In this document: piece by piece, positions 40,345 to 49,235 of the stretch
How the letters are laid out: each line of letters begins with the position of its first letter
Numbering within the stretch: position 1 is the first letter of the stretch
Program-made: the position numbers and the translations under genes
Notes under the pieces: model-generated
What the model was told of the DNA's origin: nothing
Databases searched by the model: none
What the model saw: the letters and a program-made list of their open reading frames with translations, nothing else
Assembly (NCBI GenBank): GCA_041650755.1
Contig: JBAZKN010000001.1
Coordinates: forward strand, 136,080-200,079
DNA: 64,000 bases
Source of the DNA: Patescibacteria group bacterium
GTDB taxonomy: Bacteria > Patescibacteriota > Patescibacteriia > UBA1558 > GWA2-36-10
Reading direction: 5' to 3'

Positions 40345-41115
40345 TTATTTAGTCTTTTTAGCGCGAGTGGCTCTTTTCTTGGGAGCGGCCGGAGCTTCGC
40401 TATCAACTGCCGCCTCCTCTGACTTGCTTTCTTCGCCAATCAAAAATTCAAAATGATCTTTCAAAATCTGAGCGGCTCTGGTCACAGCTTGGCGACCATC
40501 AACAGTACCATCAGTCACAATATCCAAAGTTACCTTTTCATAGTTGGTCATTTCGCCGACGCGGACATTGACCATTTCGTAGCCGACGTTTAGTACCGGA
40601 GAAAAGCTGGCGTCAATGGCAATAGTGCCAATGGGCAATTTTGATTTGTCGCCGCGTTGTTCGACAGTCACATAACCCAAGCCCTTATCAACGGTAATTT
40701 CCATATTAAATTTGGCCTGCTTGTCGGTCAAAGTGGCAATCACCAAATCAGTATTGATGATTTCAACAGCTGAATTTTTTTTGATATCAGCTGCTGTCAC
40801 TACTTTTTCACCCTTGGCCTCAATGGTCAAAATGGTTGGCTCATCAGCAAAAAGCTTCAAGCGCAATTTTTTCAAATTCAACATTATTTCCACCAAATCT
40901 TCCTTGACGTGATCAACTGAATCAAATTCATGTTGGGCGCCTTCAATCTTGAAGGAAGTCACGGCTGCTCCGGGCAGAGCCGACAACAATACCCGGCGCA
41001 AAGAATTACCTAAAGTAACGCCAAAACCAGGATAGCAAGGCTCAATCACTACCGTGTAGTGATTATCCCCCTGATCATGGACACTAATTTTTTCTGGTAA
41101 TGTAATTTGGGTCAT
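40345..41115 (-). CDS. rpoA: DNA-directed RNA polymerase alpha subunit, N-terminal domain only (256 aa, no alpha-CTD)
   Basis: alpha-NTD motifs; ends in Lys/Ala-rich tail instead of ~80-aa CTD. Confidence 0.85.
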   Translation of the reverse strand: MTQITLPEKISVHDQGDNHYTVVIEPCYPGFGVTLGNSLRRVLLSALPGAAVTSFKIEGAQHEFDSVDHVKEDLVEIMLNLKKLRLKLFADEPTILTIEAKGEKVVTAADIKKNSAVEIINTDLVIATLTDKQAKFNMEITVDKGLGYVTVEQRGDKSKLPIGTIAIDASFSPVLNVGYEMVNVRVGEMTNYEKVTLDIVTDGTVDGRQAVTRAAQILKDHFEFLIGEESKSEEAAVDSEAPAAPKKRATRAKKTK

Positions 41116-41171
41116 GTTTTTATAAATAAATTTTTATTTTAGTTCCGCTTTCAGCAGAGTAAAATTTAAAA

Positions 41172-41786
41172 TTAACGTGAATAAAAGTCAACAATTAGGT
41201 TGGTAGCGATATTCTTGGGCAAATCGCTGCTATTGGGCAAACTGTTGACGGTGATGCTGAAATTCTTTTTATCCAAAGTCAACCAGCCGGCTGATTCTAC
41301 TTTTTCTATTTTTTCGGCCATATTTTTCCAATAGCCCTTATTGACTTTATTCTCTTTGACTTTGACTACCTGTCCGGGTCTGACTGGAAAAGATGGGACA
41401 TCTACCTTTTTACCATCAATGGTGAAATGGCCATGATTTACCAATTGTCTGGCCAAACGTCTGGTCTGAGCCAGGCCGGAACGGAAAATGACGTTATCCA
41501 AACGGGTTTCTAAATTAATCAAAAGATTTTCACCCACATCGCCGGTCATTTTTTTGGCGCGGTTGAAAGTCAATAAAAATTGTTTTTCCAGCAAACCATA
41601 AATCGCTTTGGCTTTTTGCTTTTCCAAAAGCTGTTTACCATATTCGGAGGTTTTGCTGAATGTTTTTTTTGGTCCGTGGACACCAGCCGGATAATTGCGC
41701 TTGGCTAAAGGAGACTTCAAAGTATCGGCAACGTTTTCTCCGAATCGGCGGCTAGCTTTATGTCTTGGCTCTAGATTTCTACCCAT
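41172..41786 (-). CDS. rpsD: 30S ribosomal protein S4
   Basis: S4 N-terminus and S4 RNA-binding domain. Confidence 0.9.
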   Translation of the reverse strand: MGRNLEPRHKASRRFGENVADTLKSPLAKRNYPAGVHGPKKTFSKTSEYGKQLLEKQKAKAIYGLLEKQFLLTFNRAKKMTGDVGENLLINLETRLDNVIFRSGLAQTRRLARQLVNHGHFTIDGKKVDVPSFPVRPGQVVKVKENKVNKGYWKNMAEKIEKVESAGWLTLDKKNFSITVNSLPNSSDLPKNIATNLIVDFYSR

Positions 41787-41793
41787 ATAAATT

Positions 41794-41856
41794 GCTTATG
41801 GCTTATGGCCTATAGCTTATGGCATATGGCATATGGCCACAGGCTATAAACCATAT
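41794..41856. repeat. heptad tandem repeat (CCATAWG)n in rpsK-rpsD spacer, abutting rpsD start
   Basis: TTATGGC TTATGGC CTATAGC TTATGGC ATATGGC ATATGGC read directly. Confidence 0.65.
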
Positions 41857-41878
41857 GTGTTTAATTATAAAATATTAA

Positions 41879-42262
41879 TTATACCCTTCTAGTTTTCTTA
41901 GGACGACAACCATTATGTGGAATTGGCGTCATATCTTTAATAGAAGTAATAGTCAAACCTTGGCTATGCAAAGCACGAATAGCTGCCTCGCGACCAGCTC
42001 CAACGCCCTTGATAAAAACATCAACCTCGGCCAAACCATAATCTTTGACCTTGTCTATGGCACTTTTCACAATAATACCAGCGGCATAAGGAGTGGCTTT
42101 TTTGGGGCCCTTGAAGCCGTTTAAACCAGCTGAAGACCAAGCCAAAACATTGCCCACCGGATCAGTCAAAGTTACCATGGTATTGTTATAAGTAGCCTGG
42201 ATATGGGCCTGACCTTTTTTGACTATCTTTTTTACTTTCTTTTTAGATTTTACTGCTTTCAT
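41879..42262 (-). CDS. rpsK: 30S ribosomal protein S11
   Basis: S11 family; C-term PKKTRRV. Confidence 0.9.
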   Translation of the reverse strand: MKAVKSKKKVKKIVKKGQAHIQATYNNTMVTLTDPVGNVLAWSSAGLNGFKGPKKATPYAAGIIVKSAIDKVKDYGLAEVDVFIKGVGAGREAAIRALHSQGLTITSIKDMTPIPHNGCRPKKTRRV

Positions 42263-42274
42263 ATAAACTCTGCT

Positions 42275-42664
42275 TTAGGTTTTTTGAGCGGCTGGCGCCC
42301 GGCCACTGCCCATAGTGACACGCTTGTTACCACGCACAGTGCGAGAATTTGTCTTGGTGCGCTGACCGCGTACTGGCAAACCCTTGGTGTGCCGCACGCC
42401 GCGGTAACACTTGATTTCGCGCAAACGCTTGATGTTGGTCATACGCTCACGGCGCAATTCGCCTTCAACTCGATAATCTTTTTCAATCTTTTGGCGTAAG
42501 CGATTTACTTCCTCTTCAGTAAGATCTTTGACCCTGGTATCGGGATTGATCTTCAGGCTGTGTAATATCTTTTGGGAAGTAGACAGGCCTAAACCATAAA
42601 TATAAGTAAGAGCAATCTCTGCCCGCTTATTGTTTGGTAGGTTGACTCCAGCAATTCTAGCCAT
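42275..42664 (-). CDS. rpsM: 30S ribosomal protein S13
   Basis: [11 protein letters not shown]-terminus. Confidence 0.9.
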   Translation of the reverse strand: MARIAGVNLPNNKRAEIALTYIYGLGLSTSQKILHSLKINPDTRVKDLTEEEVNRLRQKIEKDYRVEGELRRERMTNIKRLREIKCYRGVRHTKGLPVRGQRTKTNSRTVRGNKRVTMGSGRAPAAQKT

Positions 42665-42711
42665 CTTATTAATTTAATTGATAATTGTTAATTGGTAATT
42701 GATCTATTTTA

Positions 42712-42825
42712 TTAGCCTTGTCTTTGTTTGTGCTTAGGGTTTTTACAAATACAAACTACCCGGTTTTGACGCCGGATTATTTTACAATCTTTGCAAATCT
42801 TTTTTACCGATGACCTAACTTTCAT
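42712..42825 (-). CDS. rpmJ: 50S ribosomal protein L36 (37 aa; below ORF-track cutoff)
   Basis: Manual translation [37 protein letters not shown] with CxxC...CxxxH zinc ribbon. Confidence 0.85.
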   Translation of the reverse strand: MKVRSSVKKICKDCKIIRRQNRVVCICKNPKHKQRQG

Positions 42826-42867
42826 CTTGTTAGAAATTTACTTATTAAATTTTACTGCTCAAGTAAT

Positions 42868-43104
42868 TTATTGTCTAAATATGATCCGGCCCTTACTCAT
42901 GTCATAGGGGCTCATTTCTACCAGCACTTTATCGCCCGGCAAAATCCTGATCTTATACATGCGCATTTTACCGGAAAGGTGAGCCAAAATTTCGTGGCCG
43001 TTATTTAGAACGACCTTAAAATTTGCATTGGGCAACAGCTCTGTCACCTCGCCATCGATCTCTAAAAAACCCTTTTTATTGACCTTAGCTTGATTTTCCG
43101 CCAT
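42868..43104 (-). CDS. infA: translation initiation factor IF-1
   Basis: S1-like OB fold, 78 aa, canonical IF-1 sequence. Confidence 0.9.
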   Translation of the reverse strand: MAENQAKVNKKGFLEIDGEVTELLPNANFKVVLNNGHEILAHLSGKMRMYKIRILPGDKVLVEMSPYDMSKGRIIFRQ

Positions 43105-43213
43105 TCTAATAACAAAAAAATGAATTCACTATATAATAATGAAGATTATATAATATTTTGGCTTAAATTACCAAAAAACTCACTATAATTAAATGTTTAA
43201 TTAACGCCCCTAT

Positions 43214-43241
43214 ATTATACAGATTTTTTTCTATTTGTCAA
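43214..43241 (-). promoter_or_regulatory. near-consensus sigma70 promoter TTGACA-16-TATAAT for infA-rpmJ-rpsM operon
   Basis: Read directly on minus strand. Confidence 0.6.
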
Positions 43242-43247
43242 CGATTT

Positions 43248-43303
43248 ATGGCGTATGGCATATAGCTTATGGCATATAGCTTATGGCATATGGACAATGG
43301 GCA
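43248..43303. repeat. heptad tandem repeat (CCATAWG/CTATATG)n immediately upstream of infA promoter -35
   Basis: GGCGTATGGCATATAGCTTATGGCATATAGCTTATGGCATATGGAC read directly. Confidence 0.65.
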
Positions 43304-43329
43304 TTAATTAAATTACGAATTTTGGTTTA

Positions 43330-43356
43330 TATTTTGGCTAATATTAGCCAATAAAT
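43330..43356. terminator. palindrome TTGGCTAATATTAGCCAA (second copy) overlapping murB stop; probable terminator
   Basis: Identical 18-bp palindrome to 24917-24934. Confidence 0.45.
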
Positions 43357-44264
43357 TGTATCTCTTCCTGTAGCTGAATACCATATTTATCCCTAATCTG
43401 CTGCTTGATAAAGCTAATCAGCATAATCACCTGTTCGGCTGTTGCTGTACCGGTATTAATAATATAATTAGCGTGAATTTTGGAAACTTGCGCTCCGCCA
43501 ATCGTATGCCCTTTGAGACCGGCTATATCAATCAAATAAGATGCCGGGATCTTTTTATTTTGTTCAAATTTTTCTATATCTAAACCGCGGTTTTTTAGCT
43601 TAGCCAAATCAACTGTGCTGAATTCAACATTTTTAAACACACAGCCAGCTGATGGCTCTCTGGGCTGAGTACCTTGGCGATATTTTAATCTTTCATTGAC
43701 TAAATTTTTGGCTAGCGTCAAATCCCCTTTTTCCAGCTTTAATTTAGCTTCTATTATTATGGCCTTAATTTCTTTGAAGATACTATGGCGGTAAGTAAAA
43801 TGACAATCGCTGCCCTGACAAATTTTCAGCTGATAATTTTCATCAAAATAAGTGATCTCCTGAACTACATTGGACATAGCCAGGCCATAAGTACCGGCAT
43901 TGCCTCTGATAGCACCACCAACTGTGCCGGGCACGCCAGCTATAAATTCTAAACCCGTCAGACCCTGCTCTAAGGATTTATTTAATAGATAGGCAAGTAA
44001 AACTCCGGCGCCAACCACCACCTCTTGATCATGATACTCTAATTTTTGCAAATCAAGCTTGATAACCAAGCCCCTAAAGCCCTGATCTGAAATTAATAAA
44101 TTACTGCCTCCGCCCAAAGCCAAAATCGGTATTTTCTTGTCTTGGGCAAATTTAACAGCTTCTTGCACTTCTTCTTTGGTCATTGCTACGACAAAATAAT
44201 CTGCCGGGCCGCCAATTTTAAAAGTAGTGTAGTCCTTTATTAATATATTTTGCTTTATTTCCAT
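43344..44264 (-). CDS. murB: UDP-N-acetylenolpyruvoylglucosamine reductase
   Basis: FAD-binding N-term GGGSNLL; MurB C-terminal domain. Confidence 0.85.
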   Translation of the reverse strand: MEIKQNILIKDYTTFKIGGPADYFVVAMTKEEVQEAVKFAQDKKIPILALGGGSNLLISDQGFRGLVIKLDLQKLEYHDQEVVVGAGVLLAYLLNKSLEQGLTGLEFIAGVPGTVGGAIRGNAGTYGLAMSNVVQEITYFDENYQLKICQGSDCHFTYRHSIFKEIKAIIIEAKLKLEKGDLTLAKNLVNERLKYRQGTQPREPSAGCVFKNVEFSTVDLAKLKNRGLDIEKFEQNKKIPASYLIDIAGLKGHTIGGAQVSKIHANYIINTGTATAEQVIMLISFIKQQIRDKYGIQLQEEIQFIG

Positions 44265-44303
44265 ATATTATTTTTTATGACTTTAAACTTGCTAACTTTC
44301 AAA

Positions 44304-45671
44304 CTACTTAGCCAGCTCGCGAGCTAAAGTATCAATATCGCCCGCGCCGATAAACAAAATCACTGCTTTGCTTGGATTAATCTGACGCAAAACTTTTTTG
44401 ATATCAGTAGTTTTTGGCGCATAATTAACCGGCGCATCCTTTATAAGGGCCACCAGATCCTGGCTGGAAACAGCCTCGTGCGCCTTGTCTTCCCGGCCAG
44501 CCACTTGATAAATATCAGTAATCACTACTTGATCTGCTTGCCTAAAACTAGCGGCAAATTCATGGAGCAGTGTCTGGGTGCGATTATGATGATGGGGCTG
44601 AAAAATAGCAATTATTTTTTTATTTGGATAAAATTCTTTTGTTGCTTGGAGTAGTCCCCGTATAGCATCCGGATGATGAGCATAATCAGAAATAATAATA
44701 TTGTTTTTCCATTGACCGACTGGCTCAAATCTGCGCCAGATGCCGCTAAAATCATGCAGGGCATTCCAGATTTGATGCTTGTTGATGCCTAAAGTGTCAG
44801 CCACAGCCACGGCTTGCAGGGCATTGTAAATATTATAGATGCCTGGCACAGCCAAATCAAAATCCGCTAAAAGTTTACGCTGATGATTGACGGAAAAATG
44901 CTGCTGGCCAGCTTGGCTAACTGGCGCTGAAAAATTATAATGAGCCGAATTTTCCCGGCCAACAGTGATGAGCTTGCCCGGCCAAACAATAGAGCGGCTG
45001 TTTTTATCGTCAGCATTTTTGACCAGCCAGCCGCCTTTGGGCAACTTATTGACGAACTTTTGAAAATGCTTTTTGATGTCACTTAAATCCCGAAAATAAT
45101 CCAGGTGATCCTCGGCAATATTGGTCAAAACTATGATCTGGGGATTTATCTCCAGCATATGCGCTTGCCACTCGCAAGCCTCAACCACCAGCCACTCACC
45201 CCTGCCAAAGCGAAAATTACTGCCCCACTGCGGCACCAGGCTGCCGACAATGACCATTGGGTCAAGACCGGCTTTTTCCATGATAAGACCTAGCATAGCT
45301 GTAGTGGTGGTCTTGCCATTAGTGCCGGCAACAGCGATGGTTTTATATTGTTTGCTCAAATAGCCTAAAAATTCAAAATAGCTTAAAACCGGAATTTTAA
45401 GTTTGCGGGCTTTTAAAAACTCCGGATGATCATCGGGCAGAGCTGAAGTATAAACAAACAAATCAATGTCGTTCGTAATATTGCTAGCTTTTTGCTTATA
45501 GTCCACCAGCACTCCCCGCTCTTCCAGTCGCCTGGTCACTTCGGATTTAAACAGATCAGAGCCCAGCACCTGCTTTTGCAATTGCAAAAAATAATAAGCC
45601 AGAGATGACAAACCAATGCCACCAATGCCGGATAGATAAACTTTATTTATTTTTTGGATGTCTAGATTCAT
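44304..45671 (-). CDS. murC: UDP-N-acetylmuramate--L-alanine ligase
   Basis: GIGGIGLS and GTNGKTTTTAM Mur ligase motifs. Confidence 0.9.
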   Translation of the reverse strand: MNLDIQKINKVYLSGIGGIGLSSLAYYFLQLQKQVLGSDLFKSEVTRRLEERGVLVDYKQKASNITNDIDLFVYTSALPDDHPEFLKARKLKIPVLSYFEFLGYLSKQYKTIAVAGTNGKTTTTAMLGLIMEKAGLDPMVIVGSLVPQWGSNFRFGRGEWLVVEACEWQAHMLEINPQIIVLTNIAEDHLDYFRDLSDIKKHFQKFVNKLPKGGWLVKNADDKNSRSIVWPGKLITVGRENSAHYNFSAPVSQAGQQHFSVNHQRKLLADFDLAVPGIYNIYNALQAVAVADTLGINKHQIWNALHDFSGIWRRFEPVGQWKNNIIISDYAHHPDAIRGLLQATKEFYPNKKIIAIFQPHHHNRTQTLLHEFAASFRQADQVVITDIYQVAGREDKAHEAVSSQDLVALIKDAPVNYAPKTTDIKKVLRQINPSKAVILFIGAGDIDTLARELAK

Positions 45672-45731
45672 TTATATGAGCCACACTATAATCATTATAC
45701 TAATATAGTAATAAACAAGCAACCAGAATCA

Positions 45732-46883
45732 TCATAATGATTTTTGGAATAAATTTAAAATTTTATAAGCTACTATTTCCCACGAATAATTATAAAAATT
45801 GCCGTTACCTTTAATATCATTTAATAGTATGGCTTTTTTTATTCCATAAGCCAATTCAGTGGGCGATGCCGATTCAACTACAATGATTTTATTATATTTT
45901 TTTAATACCTCATTAGATCCGACGGATTTGGTTGTTATTATTGTTTTATTTAAAATAGCTGCCTGGATATTAATCATACCAAATGGTTCATATAAGGAGG
46001 GTGAAATAACGATGGAAGATATATTCAGTAACTTAAACATATTAAATTGATTTATGTGGCCAATGAATCGTATCCTGTCATTAAGATTGTTTGTTTCTAT
46101 ACATTTTTTAATTGATTCAAAATATAAAAAATCAAATACCTTGCCGGCAACCAATAAATAAAAATTGATATCTTCTTCTAATAAACTCAAAGATTGAATC
46201 AGATATATCAAACCTTTTTGTGGCACAATTCTACCAGCATAAACCAAAACACAATCCTTAGAATCTATTAAATATTTCTTTTTTAAATAATTTATTTCTG
46301 TTGCGGAGGATATTTTTCTGAAATCTTGAGTATCTATGCCACCACATACTACCTTAATCTTATTGGTTTGAATATTGTAAAATTTCACCAACTCTTCTGC
46401 CATTAAGTTTGACTTGACAAAAACATTAGTACAATAATGTAATAATCTTTTTTCTAAAATAATTAATGGTATATTAACCATTTTTTTAATAAAACCGATC
46501 CTTAAGTCATACCATCTGTAACAATTGGAGATACCTCTAATTGTGCTACGACTAAAATAAAAAAGTGGAGTTTTAATTTTTGTAAAATTTAATAGACCAA
46601 ATTCTAGTGATTGAATATAGATTATGTCATAATTATTTAAATTATTTTTATCGGAAAAATTTTTTAGTTTAAAGTAATAATCAATAATGTCAAGAAATGG
46701 TTTATCTATTTTTGGTAAATAAACAAATTTAATTTTATTATTTAAGATAACACTATCTTCTTTATGTGCGCACACAACTGTCACATTGTGTCCTTTTTTA
46801 AAAAATTCATCTGCCTCTTTATATGCTGAATATCCCAAACCATAACCAGAGCCATAAAAAGAAGTAAAAATAATTATATTCAT
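45732..46883 (-). CDS. GT4-family glycosyltransferase (very AT-rich gene)
   Basis: GT-B two-domain pattern with C-terminal EPFGM motif; ~25% GC. Confidence 0.55.
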   Translation of the reverse strand: MNIIIFTSFYGSGYGLGYSAYKEADEFFKKGHNVTVVCAHKEDSVILNNKIKFVYLPKIDKPFLDIIDYYFKLKNFSDKNNLNNYDIIYIQSLEFGLLNFTKIKTPLFYFSRSTIRGISNCYRWYDLRIGFIKKMVNIPLIILEKRLLHYCTNVFVKSNLMAEELVKFYNIQTNKIKVVCGGIDTQDFRKISSATEINYLKKKYLIDSKDCVLVYAGRIVPQKGLIYLIQSLSLLEEDINFYLLVAGKVFDFLYFESIKKCIETNNLNDRIRFIGHINQFNMFKLLNISSIVISPSLYEPFGMINIQAAILNKTIITTKSVGSNEVLKKYNKIIVVESASPTELAYGIKKAILLNDIKGNGNFYNYSWEIVAYKILNLFQKSL

Positions 46884-47545
46884 TTTTTCATAAAATGATT
46901 AAGCATGTGAATGCGAAGTAGTTCCGCTATTTCGTTTAACTTTTCAATAGATAAATTTTTCTTTTGTAAAGCTTTGGCTGGTTTTAATTCGGGACATTTT
47001 TTAAGAATATTGATCAGCCCTGATTTAAAATTTAAATCAAAATCTCCGTATAAAAACAATACCTCTAATAAAGCAACCTTTAACCAACTTCTATATTTTT
47101 CACGCCAAAAATCATCATTTTTGTTATTTATATACACACCCCTAATACCTTGCGAAAGATCAACTATCCTTTTATAAATGTCTATGGGTTTAGCATCTTT
47201 TATATTTACATTTCGGATCACATCCTCACCCCAAAGCAATTCATTAACTAATTTGATACCAATAAAATATGTCGGCGGACGATAAATATGCCAACGCCTT
47301 ATAAACTCACTGTAAAACACCACATTAATGTCTGTCTTGGTATTTATTTTTCTTGCTTTTATTTTAATCTTTTTTAAAAAATGATGGGGTTCTTCTATGT
47401 CTTTACAAATAAACAAAACATCTATGTCGCTTTTCCCTTCTCTAAACCTATCACTCAAGACACTACCATATATATAGGCTGACTTAATTTCGTGAAAAGC
47501 AACATAATTTTTTTTAAGCTCTTTTTTCAAATTGTTGAGATCCAT
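46880..47545 (-). CDS. Pol-beta superfamily nucleotidyltransferase, ANT/Lnu-like (aminoglycoside/lincosamide nucleotidyltransferase-like)
   Basis: YIYGSVLSD...GKSDIDVLF (GS..D.D) motif; start reassigned to MDLNNL at 47545, 1 nt after upstream stop. Confidence 0.6.
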   Translation of the reverse strand: MDLNNLKKELKKNYVAFHEIKSAYIYGSVLSDRFREGKSDIDVLFICKDIEEPHHFLKKIKIKARKINTKTDINVVFYSEFIRRWHIYRPPTYFIGIKLVNELLWGEDVIRNVNIKDAKPIDIYKRIVDLSQGIRGVYINNKNDDFWREKYRSWLKVALLEVLFLYGDFDLNFKSGLINILKKCPELKPAKALQKKNLSIEKLNEIAELLRIHMLNHFMKK

Positions 47546-47546
47546 A

Positions 47547-48407
47547 TTAAATTTGCTTAAACATAAAATAAATTTTTTTATGTTCTTCTTTATCATTATA
47601 ATAGCTAAGTAGCAGGGGTTTAAATAAAATAAAATATTGTTTTTCCCAAAATTCAACCGTGTCTTTTAACAATTTTTTGTGGGGGTGTTTTTTTATTCTT
47701 TCAATATATATTTTTAAATTGTGAAATTTGTTATTAATAATGCTATCTATAAATTTATAACTTAATCCATTTTTTTCCGCAATAACAATGTTATTATAAG
47801 AATTTTTTACAAAATCCTCTTCGGTGGTCATTATGTCATCAAGCAAGTCCCGCAGTCTTTGGAATTCATTAAAAAATAATTTTGCATTATGTAAATCTTC
47901 GACAGATAGAACGCTGCCAAATTTATTAATTATCTCGTCTACTAGTAAAAAATAATCGCTGGGTCTAATTTCTATTATCTTGCGTAATTTATTTTCAAAA
48001 TTATGGTCTTTTTTAATATGTAAATCTAGTTCCAGTTTAAATAAGCTGGCAATCTCTTTAAATTTTTTATCTGCTTTTTCAAAATTATTTATTTGTTCTT
48101 TAATTTTACTTATTGGCAGGGGATTCTTTTTATATAATTTTTCATCTAAAATATCATCAACATTTCTTATTTTACAATCCATCTCTATTAAATAATAAAT
48201 GTCGGGATAATTTTTTTTAATCTCATTAAGGCTATCGACTAAGGGGGTAATTAGTAGTGAGCTATAATCATAGGGCATATTGGCTCCTAAATAAAAAATC
48301 GCTTTTTTTATGGATCCCCTAACTGTTTTTAAAACCTTATTCAAATTACTTTTATAAATATTATTTTGCGTAACCATGTAACTTAAACGAATTAATTGTT
48401 GATCCAT
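47547..48407 (-). CDS. hypothetical protein (286 aa), translationally coupled to downstream nucleotidyltransferase
   Basis: ORF only; stop 1 nt from NTase start codon. Confidence 0.4.
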   Translation of the reverse strand: MDQQLIRLSYMVTQNNIYKSNLNKVLKTVRGSIKKAIFYLGANMPYDYSSLLITPLVDSLNEIKKNYPDIYYLIEMDCKIRNVDDILDEKLYKKNPLPISKIKEQINNFEKADKKFKEIASLFKLELDLHIKKDHNFENKLRKIIEIRPSDYFLLVDEIINKFGSVLSVEDLHNAKLFFNEFQRLRDLLDDIMTTEEDFVKNSYNNIVIAEKNGLSYKFIDSIINNKFHNLKIYIERIKKHPHKKLLKDTVEFWEKQYFILFKPLLLSYYNDKEEHKKIYFMFKQI

Positions 48408-49218
48408 TTTTGATATATCCTAATTTTTTATTATTATTTTCTTCATAGCTATGAAAATCAGAGCCGCCTGTAAAATACCAATTATTCTTTTGCGCCAGGT
48501 TTTTTAGAATATTGATTTGTTCATCGCTCAATTCTGGATGGTATATTTCTATGCCGTCAAGCCCCAGACCAACTAGCTGCTTTATACTGGTAACGTCCAG
48601 AGGCTTAGCAAACTTATTAACAGGATTAAAAGGATGGGCCAAAATCAAATCCTCAGTTATTTTTCTAAAATTATCTATAATCCACTCAACTTCAACACCA
48701 CCTCGACGCACATAACATGGAGCACCAGGTGCCTGATAGGTATTATAAAATTGTTCCGGTGATTGTCCGCTTATTTTATCTAAATTTTTCGGATTATTAT
48801 ATATATCTAGCGCTATGGTCAATCCGACCGGCTGTTCTTTTTTTATTTTTAACCCATTGTTTACCGTAAAACCATTTTGTTTAAAAAGTTTTTTAGCCAA
48901 TTCAAACTCACTAAATTTTTTCTGTTCAGTAATCTTTTGTTTTTTCTGCAAAATTCCTTTAATCTCAGTAATTTTAAAATTATAAGCTAAGATATGCACT
49001 ACTTTCTGTTTATATAAAGCCATTAATTCCACCCCCGGAATCACTATGATATCCTGGCCTTTTAGATATTTTTTTAATTCAGTAATACCAGCCACCGTAT
49101 CATGATCAGTTAATGAACAATATTTAAGTTTACTCTTTTTTATTAGGGCCGCCAGCTCTGATGTGGTTAGTTTTCCATCTGAATAAATAGAATGAAAATG
49201 TAAATCAATTTTAGACAT
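48361..49218 (-). CDS. PHP-domain phosphoesterase
   Basis: DLHFHSIYSDG and TDHD metal-binding motifs. Confidence 0.7.
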   Translation of the reverse strand: MSKIDLHFHSIYSDGKLTTSELAALIKKSKLKYCSLTDHDTVAGITELKKYLKGQDIIVIPGVELMALYKQKVVHILAYNFKITEIKGILQKKQKITEQKKFSEFELAKKLFKQNGFTVNNGLKIKKEQPVGLTIALDIYNNPKNLDKISGQSPEQFYNTYQAPGAPCYVRRGGVEVEWIIDNFRKITEDLILAHPFNPVNKFAKPLDVTSIKQLVGLGLDGIEIYHPELSDEQINILKNLAQKNNWYFTGGSDFHSYEENNNKKLGYIKNGSTINSFKLHGYAK

Positions 49219-49235
49219 GGTGATTAAATAAAAAG

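Noticed and set aside
39941-43303. CRISPR array interpretation of the tandem repeats
   Set aside because: Units are 7 nt with no spacers, arrays are under 65 nt, and no cas genes are present. These are simple heptad tandem repeats.
46880-47656. Long N-terminal extension of the nucleotidyltransferase as given by the ORF track
   Set aside because: It would overlap the upstream gene by 110 nt. The internal Met at 47545 gives a 1-nt intergenic spacing and places the GS..D.D motif ~25 residues from the N-terminus, as in minimal NTases.
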